This document shows, piece by piece, positions 6,888 through 13,174 of a stretch of DNA of 13,174 bases. The stretch comes from an uncultured archaeon (GTDB taxonomy: Archaea > Aenigmatarchaeota > Aenigmatarchaeia > GW2011-AR5). The notes beneath the pieces were generated by a model. That model did not search any database and was not told the origin of the DNA. It saw only the letters and a list, made by a program, of their open reading frames with translations. Each line of letters opens with the position of its first letter. Position 1 is the stretch's first letter. Made by a program: the position numbers and the translations under genes. The stretch covers positions 1 to 13,174 of the forward strand of contig CAYJVT010000022.1 of NCBI GenBank assembly GCA_964373695.1, written 5' to 3'.

Positions 6888-7637
6888 ATGCGAAATGTAA
6901 GGGAATACATACTGAAGGGCGCGAAAAAGGGAAAAATGCATTTCTCGCTCATAGACCCCGAGCCGCTGAAGGTAAATCCGGAAACAGTAGGCGAACTGTG
7001 CTCTCAGCTGGAAAGATGGGGCACATCTGCGATAATGGTCGGCGGCTCCACAAACGTGAGGCAGAAATTCCTTGACGAGCTTCTCATAGGGATAAAGAAA
7101 GGATGCTCCCTGCCTGTGATACTCTTCCCCGGCGGGCTCAACGGCATCTCGAGCCGTGCCGACGCCATATTCTTCATGTCATTGATGAATTCAAAGGACC
7201 CGTGGTGGATTTCGGGGGCGCAGGCCGACGGAGCCATTGCAGTGCGGCAGAGCGGGATAGAGCCCGTATCGATGGGCTACCTCATAGTGGAACCCGGCAT
7301 GAAGGCCGGCGAAGTCGGGAATGCCGACCTCATATCGAGGAACGACGGCTCCAGGGCTGCCGAATATGCCCTTGCCGCGCAGTACATGGGAATGTCAATA
7401 GTGTATCTTGAGGCGGGCTCCGGCGCCGACAAGCCCGTGCCGCCGGAGATGATATCGAGGGTCAAGAAAGTGATAGACATACCGCTCATAGTCGGGGGCG
7501 GCATACGCACCCCACAGGCGGCCGACGCTGTTTTGTCGGCAGGAGCCGATATCATAGTCACGGGCACCCTGATAGAGGACGAGCCCAAGAAAGTGAAAGA
7601 CATCATCGAAGCGGCGAAGAGGTTTGGAAAACGATGA
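6888..7637 (+). CDS. Geranylgeranylglyceryl phosphate synthase (group II type)
   Basis: SLIDPE, IMVGGS, ILFPG, YLEAGSGA, LIVGGGIR and GADIIVTGT motifs. Confidence 0.95.
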   Translation: MRNVREYILKGAKKGKMHFSLIDPEPLKVNPETVGELCSQLERWGTSAIMVGGSTNVRQKFLDELLIGIKKGCSLPVILFPGGLNGISSRADAIFFMSLMNSKDPWWISGAQADGAIAVRQSGIEPVSMGYLIVEPGMKAGEVGNADLISRNDGSRAAEYALAAQYMGMSIVYLEAGSGADKPVPPEMISRVKKVIDIPLIVGGGIRTPQAADAVLSAGADIIVTGTLIEDEPKKVKDIIEAAKRFGKR

Positions 7638-8050
7638 AAATAAACTACGATAAGCTGGTGAAAGAAGCAATAGCAGCTTTGGACAGCTACTACGGCCGCG
7701 ACAAGAATACAAAATACATATTCGCTTCTGCAGTCCTGACTGACAAGGGCAACATCTACACAGCAAGCAACTACAATTCCGACACGGCTTCGCTCACGCT
7801 TCATGCTGAGCAGGCTGCGCTGTCGCATGCTGCCTGCCACAATGACGCTAGAATTGTTGCGATAGCCATGGTTGGTAAGGAAGACCCCAAAGGCGAGAAG
7901 CTGTGCCACCCGTGCGGCATCTGCAAGCAGCTCATATGGGAGAATTCTCTGCGTTCGGGCCTTCCCGTAAAGGTTGTTATGGCCAACCTCAGAGGGAAAT
8001 ATGAAGTGAAGGACATAAAGGAGCTCGTGCCGTATCCATGGCCCGACTAA
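7634..8050 (+). CDS. Cytidine deaminase-family zinc protein (divergent)
   Basis: HAE and PCGIC zinc-binding motifs. ATGA overlap with the GGGPS stop. Confidence 0.85.
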   Translation: MKINYDKLVKEAIAALDSYYGRDKNTKYIFASAVLTDKGNIYTASNYNSDTASLTLHAEQAALSHAACHNDARIVAIAMVGKEDPKGEKLCHPCGICKQLIWENSLRSGLPVKVVMANLRGKYEVKDIKELVPYPWPD

Positions 8051-8273
8051 ACATATCTTAAAAATTCTTCTCTTGTCATCCCAAGTCTTTCTTTATCATT
8101 TTAACAAGAAGCCCGCTGCCGATTTCTTCGCTGTATGAATAGGAATAGTTGTCCGCCTCCCGTCAGAATGTTTGTAAACCATATGGCTCCCTTTCGTATG
8201 ACCGTAAGCAAAACCTAATTTTTCAACAATTTTGCCCAATTCTCTTCCATTGAGAATAGGCAGTTTTTTTCAA
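8047..8273 (-). pseudogene. hicA: HicA-family mRNA interferase toxin, three frameshifts
   Basis: Reconstructed (M)KK-LPILNGRELGKIVEKLGFAYGHTKGSHMVYKHSDGRRTTIPIH / EEIGSGLLVKMIKKDL / MTREEFLRYV*. The GSH motif is present. Shifts lie at the A7 run (8264-8270), near 8130-8135 and near 8080-8082. Confidence 0.85.
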
Positions 8274-8276
8274 GAA

Positions 8277-8486
8277 CTACACCTTTATCTGCTGAACTTC
8301 AACGAATTTTGTATAGACTTCAGGCTCTTCGCCGTTTTTCAGATACGCCTTTATCGCTTCTTTTGTTCTTTCCATAAGCTCTTCCTTCGTTTTTGCCTGT
8401 GTATGACATTCCGGAAGCTCAACTACTTCAGAAACAAACCAGCCTTCCTCGTCTTTTTCTATTATTGCTGTATATTTTTGGGGCAT
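8277..8486 (-). CDS. hicB: HicB-family antitoxin (short UPF0150 type)
   Basis: YTAIIEKDEEGWF...LPECHTQAKTKEELMERTKEAIKAYL. AGGTG Shine-Dalgarno upstream; lies directly upstream of hicA. Confidence 0.88.
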   Translation of the reverse strand: MPQKYTAIIEKDEEGWFVSEVVELPECHTQAKTKEELMERTKEAIKAYLKNGEEPEVYTKFVEVQQIKV

Positions 8487-8501
8487 ATTAATTATACACC
8501 T

Positions 8502-9530
8502 TTAAAACTTAATAATCCCGACTTCTTCAAGCACTTGCCTGCAGTCGTCTTTGCTTAAGTCGTGCATGTCCAGCACCGTGAAGCGCTCGCGCACGCTCTT
8601 TGCCTTGTGAAGCGCTTCCACAAGCATTTCTTCCTGAATTCCGATACCTTCTGCCGTCACCGGGATGCCGAATTCCTTCATCGTGCCGCGCATCCCTTCC
8701 CAGTCCTTCCCCTGGAGACGCATCGACACGAGGGTTCCGAGCGCGACCTGCTCGCCGTGAAGAGCCTTCGCTCCAAGAGCCTCAAGCGCATGGGAGAAAT
8801 TATGCTCGCTTCCGGAGCACGGTCGCGACGAGCCGTGGAGGTTCATCGCGAAGCCCGACGCTATGAGGCCCCACAGGACCGTCTCTATGCCGCCGCTATC
8901 CATCTTCCTTATTTCGCCGGTGCTGTCAACGACGCTGTCAGCGGCCAGTGCAGACAGGCGTGCTATGAACGGCCTGAAAGTCTCCTTGCCGTTCGCTGCC
9001 GCGAGCTTCCAGTCCTCCACTGCTGAAACATTTGAAAGCAAATCACCGACCCCTGCAGCAAGGAACCTGTAAGGCGCCTTCCCTATTATCCCAATGTCGA
9101 CCACTATCGCGACGGGCTCCTTCGCCTGTACAGATGCTTTAGAGCCGTTGTCGCTCAGCACGGCGCGCGACGAGACGACGCCGTCATGGCTCAGTATCGT
9201 CGGGAATGCAACCCACGGCTTTTTTGCAAGGAATGCGGCATACTTGGCGGCATCGATGGAGCGGCCGCCTCCGGCGCCTATTATGAAATCGTATGAGCCG
9301 AGCCGGCGGGAGAACACTTCAAGATGACTTTTCTCCACCGATTCCGGGCTCATCACATCCAGCTCGTAGTTGGATGATATGGAGGAGCAGACGCCGGACG
9401 TGATACCAGAGACTTTGTCGTCGCAGATGAACGCGCATTTCCTGCCGAATCCCAGGCTTTCCAGAATCCCGTTTATCTCCTCCACGAGGTTCCCGGAAGC
9501 CACGACCTTGTATGACAGGTTCACAAGCAT
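8502..9530 (-). CDS. egsA: Glycerol-1-phosphate dehydrogenase [NAD(P)+]
   Basis: GAGGGRSIDAAK, PTILSHDGVVS, GVGDLLSN, SRPCSGSEHNFSHALE and LHGEQV motifs. Confidence 0.95.
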   Translation of the reverse strand: MLVNLSYKVVASGNLVEEINGILESLGFGRKCAFICDDKVSGITSGVCSSISSNYELDVMSPESVEKSHLEVFSRRLGSYDFIIGAGGGRSIDAAKYAAFLAKKPWVAFPTILSHDGVVSSRAVLSDNGSKASVQAKEPVAIVVDIGIIGKAPYRFLAAGVGDLLSNVSAVEDWKLAAANGKETFRPFIARLSALAADSVVDSTGEIRKMDSGGIETVLWGLIASGFAMNLHGSSRPCSGSEHNFSHALEALGAKALHGEQVALGTLVSMRLQGKDWEGMRGTMKEFGIPVTAEGIGIQEEMLVEALHKAKSVRERFTVLDMHDLSKDDCRQVLEEVGIIKF

Positions 9531-9551
9531 ATGACGAATTTGAAAATTATC

Positions 9552-9559
9552 TATTTAAA
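9552..9559 (-). promoter_or_regulatory. Putative TATA box of egsA
   Basis: TTTAAATA 22-29 nt upstream of ATG 9530. Confidence 0.5.
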
Positions 9560-9609
9560 TCGGTATCCATTGATACCGATTAATCCAAATCTCGGAGGAG
9601 ATTCGGATT
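9558..9609. repeat. Two tandem inverted repeats upstream of egsA
   Basis: AATCGGTATC-catt-GATACCGATT (9558-9581, perfect 10 bp) and AATCCaAATCTC-ggag-GAGATTcGGATT (9582-9609, 11 of 12 bp). Confidence 0.6.
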
Positions 9610-9635
9610 TAAATCTGCAGAATTCCGCCGTTTTT
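9601..9635. repeat. Dispersed 35-bp repeat, copy 2
   Basis: 28/35 identical to 1609-1643. Confidence 0.55.
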
Positions 9636-9657
9636 GCCCAAAAGACTTGACTTGTGA

Positions 9658-9723
9658 TTAGACGGTGGCCGTTGACACAGCCTACAGATGTTTAGCAAAA
9701 AGACCCCGAAGGCTCTTTTGAGA
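9658..9723. mobile_element. Degenerate relative of the 120-179 element end
   Basis: 9658-9676 matches 161-179 at 16/19. 9660-9669 is the exact reverse complement of 151-160, and 9712-9723 is the exact reverse complement of 120-131. Confidence 0.5.
9696..9720 (-). terminator. Possible terminator hairpin after the A24 peptidase gene
   Basis: Minus strand CAAAAGAgCC-TTCG-GGgTCTTTTTG, a cUUCGg-capped stem ending in a T-run about 17 nt after the stop. Confidence 0.35.
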
Positions 9724-9736
9724 ATATTCAGCCATT

Positions 9737-10528
9737 TCAGAACAGCGGAAGAAGGGCCCCGAAAACTGCAGTGACAACCAATGTTATGGAAAATACAGGG
9801 ACAAAACGGACGCCGTCCTTCACCACCGCATACCTTTTCTTCGCCCTTATCTTCCTAATATCGTCTTTGGTGAGACCGACCCATATCCCCTTGTCAAGGA
9901 CATCGCCCGGCTTGAGCTGCGAGGTGCTAACCTTTTTCCTGAAGACATGCCTCTCCACGACGACCCCGTATCTCCAGAAGACGGCCATAGATGAGATGAG
10001 CGCAAGAACGGCTGCAAATATCGGCGAGATGACGACGGTAAAATCCGAGAAAACCGCCGACACCGCAGCCATCACAACGAAAAACCCCGCCGGTATCGCC
10101 GCTATGTACTTCCATGTCTTCCTGATGTCGGCGGCGAAGAAGCCCCACGTCCCTTTCCTCAGAAAACCCATGATGAGCGAATACAGAATCATGTAGGCCA
10201 CCGCGACAAGGAAAAAATTTATTATATATTCTGAAAAGAACCGGAAATCGGGCACCATGTAGAATATGGAACCTAGAATCCATGCGTCAGCGGCGCCCCA
10301 CTGCCCCCTTTTGTAAAGGAATATGCCCAATGCCAGAATAACCGTCCCCAGGACGACCGAGTTGACAAGCGGCCCCGCGATGCCGGAGACCATGGCGTTC
10401 ATGGCCCAGTAGAAGATGCCTGCAGCTATCATGAGCGCCGGTATCTCGTCCGGCACCTCTGTCGTCTTCAGGTCCCATATGCCGGCTGCCGCCGAAGCGA
10501 TTATGGCCGGTATCAAAAGTTCGAACAT
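9737..10528 (-). CDS. A24-family prepilin/prearchaellin peptidase
   Basis: Two catalytic aspartates in WDLKTTEVPD and WGAAD (GxGD-like), a multi-TM layout and a C-terminal RFVPVF. ATG 10528 is preferred over TTG 10567 because TTTAAAC lies 22-28 nt upstream. Confidence 0.88.
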   Translation of the reverse strand: MFELLIPAIIASAAAGIWDLKTTEVPDEIPALMIAAGIFYWAMNAMVSGIAGPLVNSVVLGTVILALGIFLYKRGQWGAADAWILGSIFYMVPDFRFFSEYIINFFLVAVAYMILYSLIMGFLRKGTWGFFAADIRKTWKYIAAIPAGFFVVMAAVSAVFSDFTVVISPIFAAVLALISSMAVFWRYGVVVERHVFRKKVSTSQLKPGDVLDKGIWVGLTKDDIRKIRAKKRYAVVKDGVRFVPVFSITLVVTAVFGALLPLF

Positions 10529-10595
10529 TGTTCTAGCCCCACAATAAAAGTTTAAATCATATTTCAAATATAAGGTTTTAATAAGGAGTCATTAT

Positions 10596-11306
10596 ATGTT
10601 AGTTCCTACGCATATAGGTGTCATTCTGGACGGCAACAGGAGATTCGCAAAGCAGCTCATGAAGGCTCCGTGGATGGGCCACAAATGGGGCCTCGAGAAG
10701 TCCCGCGAGGTTTTGCAGTGGGCCTGCGAGGCCGGGATAAAATACATAACGGCATATACCCTTTCCCTCGAGAACATAAGGACGAGGCCGGAGCGTGAGC
10801 TCAATTTCATACTCGAGCAGCTCGAAAGCGAGGCCGGCAATATACTTTCCGACAGGGAGCACGTCGTCCACAAGTTCGGCGTGAGGGTGCGCTTCATAGG
10901 AAGATTGAACGAATTCTCCGGCAAACTCCAGAAAAAGTTCTCGGATGTGGAAGATGCCACTTCAGGATACCATGAGCACTTCCTGAACGTAGCCGTTGCG
11001 TACGGCGGCCAGCAGGAGATAATAGATGCCGTCAGGAAGATACTTGAAGAAGGGCTGAAGGGCGTCATACGGCCTTCGGAGCTCAACGAGGACATTCTGA
11101 AGGCGCATCTTTACACGAACGGCCAGCCTTATCCGGACATGATATTCAGGACCGGAGGCGAGAAGCGCCTTTCCAACTTCCTTCCCTTCCAGTCTGCATA
11201 CTCGGAACTGATATTCACCGACAGGAAATGGCCCGAGCTTACAAGAGAGGATTTCGAGAGCGCATTGAAGGAATTCTCCGACAGAAAAAGAAGATACGGC
11301 GCCTGA
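10596..11306 (+). CDS. uppS: cis-prenyltransferase (polyprenyl diphosphate synthase)
   Basis: HIGVILDGNRRF, SLEN and PDMIFRTGGEKRLSNFLPFQSAYSEL motifs; AGGAG Shine-Dalgarno. Confidence 0.95.
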   Translation: MLVPTHIGVILDGNRRFAKQLMKAPWMGHKWGLEKSREVLQWACEAGIKYITAYTLSLENIRTRPERELNFILEQLESEAGNILSDREHVVHKFGVRVRFIGRLNEFSGKLQKKFSDVEDATSGYHEHFLNVAVAYGGQQEIIDAVRKILEEGLKGVIRPSELNEDILKAHLYTNGQPYPDMIFRTGGEKRLSNFLPFQSAYSELIFTDRKWPELTREDFESALKEFSDRKRRYGA

Positions 11307-11308
11307 TT

Positions 11309-11515
11309 TCAGGCCTGCGCTATGTATACCGGAAGACGGGAGTGGCCATAATCCTTTTCCAAGCACTCTTGAAGAGCTCTTTCATTGTTGTGGTGACCTA
11401 CAAACTTTCCGTTGACAAACCCAACAAAATAGCCAGGTTGGACATCGAAAGAGCTTAGCGTGCCATCTTGGCGCGCCCTCATAAAAGCCGCGTGGTTTGC
11501 ATCCTCCACATCCAT
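11309..11515 (-). CDS. Small hypothetical protein, possibly DUF5678-like
   Basis: PGYFVGFVNGKFVG...ALQECLEKDYG...PVYIAQ resembles the DUF5678 pattern as recalled. GATTTAAATA lies upstream on the other side of a short AT-rich gap. Confidence 0.55.
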   Translation of the reverse strand: MDVEDANHAAFMRARQDGTLSSFDVQPGYFVGFVNGKFVGHHNNERALQECLEKDYGHSRLPVYIAQA

Positions 11516-11623
11516 GATTTATTTATGCCTAAAGACGATTTAAATATTACGAGTTCCACAATTTACCCACCATCTGAATGCAGTACGGATATAAGAGCTT
11601 TTTTATAATCTTATGCAGTGAGA

Positions 11624-11782
11624 ATGACATACAAGTATTTGGCTGCATTGCTGCTATTGGGATGCAGCAATCCGACAAGCTACAAAACACAGTCGGAGTG
11701 GGAAAGCTTAAGTCATATGCCACCAAGCAAGATGATTATAAATCCTCATAAAACAGTTTTTCATCATGTTAAAAGACACTGA
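11624..11782 (+). CDS. Unannotated 52-aa ORF with a lipoprotein-like signal peptide (possibly a truncated remnant)
   Basis: MTYKYLAALLLLG-CSNP...: a basic residue, a hydrophobic core and an LLGC lipobox-like motif. TTTTATAA lies upstream. The ORF overlaps the trmI start by 17 nt. Confidence 0.4.
   Translation: MTYKYLAALLLLGCSNPTSYKTQSEWESLSHMPPSKMIINPHKTVFHHVKRH
11736..11743 (+). promoter_or_regulatory. Putative TATA box of trmI
   Basis: TTATAAAT 23-30 nt upstream of ATG 11766. Confidence 0.45.
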
Positions 11783-12518
11783 CTACATACTCCTGTGGGG
11801 AGAAAAAAGCTTCTTCGTGAAGAAGGAGCAGAAAATCTTCCACTCGAATTTCGGCACGATAGAGCTCATGAAGATAAAGCAGTACGGCCAGAAGATAAAG
11901 AGCTCCAGCGGGACCGAGTTCATCGCGATAAAGCCAACTGCCATAGACCTCCTAAGGAAATGCAAGCGCATGCCGCAGATAATAACCCAGAAGGATGCGG
12001 GCCAGATAGCCGCTGTCACTGGATTGCGCTCAGGCATGAGGTGTCTTGATGCTGGGGCCGGCTCCGCTTTCCTTTCCATATTCTTAGGCAACATCGTCGC
12101 TCCGGACGGAAAGGTTTATTCTTACGAGAAGGACAAGAAGTTCGCTGACAATGCAAGAAAAAACGTGAAGATATGCGGTCTGGAAATGGTGATAGATGTG
12201 AAGAACAAGCCGGCCGAGAAGATGGCTGAGAAGGAGCTTGACGTCATAACACTTGACATGCAGAACGCCGACAGTCTGGTGAAAAAGGCGAAAGGCGCTT
12301 TGAGGACCGGCGGCTGGCTCTGCGTATACAGCCCTCATATTGAGCAGCAGAAGCGGGCGGCACATGAGATGAAGAAAAACGGATTCTCCAGGATGCACAC
12401 TATAGAGACGATACAGCGCGAATGGCACATGGACGAGCGCGGCGAGGGATACACGCACCCGAAGCCCTCTGGCATAATGCACACTGGCTTCATAACATTC
12501 GGAAGGAAGATACCCTAG
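11766..12518 (+). CDS. trmI: tRNA (adenine-57/58-N1)-methyltransferase
   Basis: PQIIT.KD, LDAGAGS SAM-binding motif, VYSYE, TLDM, YSP.IEQ and HTGFITFGRK. Confidence 0.92.
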   Translation: MLKDTDYILLWGEKSFFVKKEQKIFHSNFGTIELMKIKQYGQKIKSSSGTEFIAIKPTAIDLLRKCKRMPQIITQKDAGQIAAVTGLRSGMRCLDAGAGSAFLSIFLGNIVAPDGKVYSYEKDKKFADNARKNVKICGLEMVIDVKNKPAEKMAEKELDVITLDMQNADSLVKKAKGALRTGGWLCVYSPHIEQQKRAAHEMKKNGFSRMHTIETIQREWHMDERGEGYTHPKPSGIMHTGFITFGRKIP

Positions 12519-12927
12519 TCATCAATCCATTTGTCCAGCATATCCTTGAAATAAATGTCCATGTCCAGGTTTTTCATTTCATCCAGGGTAAACCATCCGT
12601 ATTCGACATGCTCGTCCGAGAGGAGCGGACTGCCGTTAGCATGCCCGACGTAAGTCAGGCGGACGATGTGCCTGCCTTTAACGCGCAGAATGTCCTGGGC
12701 GGCGATGAGTACGGGTTCGTCATTTATTTCAAGCCCGGTTTCCTCCTTCACTTCTAAGGTTTTCAATGAGAGGAATTCCCGGATTAATCCTCCCGCCCAC
12801 AATATCCCATTTCTCACTTATTTCAAGATTTATCGGCCGCCCTCTTGAGCAGCAGATACTTTCCTTCGCTGTTTTTCAGAAGAATCTTGACGCCTACCTG
12901 CAATTCGACCATGACAGTCTTGTCCAT
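12515..12927 (-). pseudogene. Nudix hydrolase, two frameshifts
   Basis: Three frames join to MDKTVMVELQVGVKILLKNSEGKYLLLKRAADK / EISEKWDIVGGRINPGIPLIENLR / EVKEETGLEI...EHVEYGWFT. Shifts lie near 12828 and 12753. Confidence 0.85.
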
Positions 12928-12970
12928 ACTAATAATTTTCCGGAAACAATAAAAAACAATCTAGAGAAAA

Positions 12971-13174
12971 TGGGTTCGGCCAGATTTGAACTGGCGCCGC
13001 GAACTTTTTCTGAACTTTCCGTTTTGATCGAACCGATTGAAGAAGCCTAAAACTTCTTCGGGGTCTTGAAGAACTTTCGTTCTTCACAGATTTTCTGAAA
13101 AGTTCGCCCGAAGCTCGAATCATGGCCGACTGCGCCTTTGGCGCGAATCACTGACCAAGCTAGACTACGAACCC
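12971..13174 (-). tRNA. tRNA-Pro(CGG) with two introns
   Basis: Exons 13174-13151, 13121-13107 and 13005-12971 splice to the 74-nt GGGTTCG TA GTCT AGCTTGGTCA GGAT T CGAGC TTCGGGA GTTCG CGGC GCCAG TTCAAAT CTGGC CGAACCC A. Acceptor and T stems are perfect. CCA is not encoded. Confidence 0.85.

Noticed and set aside
12971-13000. tRNA 3' end as an integration (att) site
   Set aside because: There is no duplicate of the tRNA 3' end and no integrase in the window.
13006-13106. Box C/D guide RNA inside the long intron (as in euryarchaeal tRNA-Trp)
   Set aside because: Only weak TGAAGA and CCGA look-alikes are present, one buried in a stem, with no CTGA box D on the transcribed strand.
404-13123. 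Alternative-frame and antisense ORFs in the track (for example 949-1344, 1836-2297, 3990-4427, 4922-5710, 5843-6819, 7277-7909, 8232-9327, 10592-11458, 11783-12757, 12766-13123)
   Set aside because: They overlap well-supported genes, pseudogenes or the tRNA, have no motifs, and are typical shadows of biased codon usage.
1-13174. CRISPR array or rRNA
   Set aside because: No regularly spaced direct repeats and no rRNA-like sequence were seen.

Overview
This is an archaeal chromosomal window. It is probably from a DPANN lineage (possibly Aenigmarchaeota-like); that is an inference from the compact genes, the A24 peptidase type and the multi-intron tRNA. The GC-richer housekeeping and envelope genes are: tfb, a UPF0104 membrane protein, a histone, aIF5A, a DUF460 protein, an archaeosortase, two unknown coiled-coil proteins, GGGP synthase, a cytidine deaminase-family protein, glycerol-1-phosphate dehydrogenase, an A24 prepilin peptidase, uppS and trmI. 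AT-richer accessory or decayed pieces lie between them: a hicB-hicA pair with a triple-frameshifted hicA, a double-frameshifted Nudix gene, and small ORFs. The ORF track misses five things. (1) Bases 1-179 form a hairpin-dense, pseudoknot-capable element ending in an IS200/IS605-type end (TnpB omegaRNA-like). (2) Degenerate relatives of that element occur in other intergenic regions. (3) A 40-codon ORF is joined by ATGA overlaps to both the DUF460 gene and the archaeosortase gene. (4) A 52-codon ORF carries a lipoprotein-like signal. (5) A tRNA-Pro(CGG) on the minus strand has two introns, a 29-nt D-arm intron and a 101-nt multi-hairpin anticodon-loop intron. All family calls come from motif recognition by eye; no database search was run.
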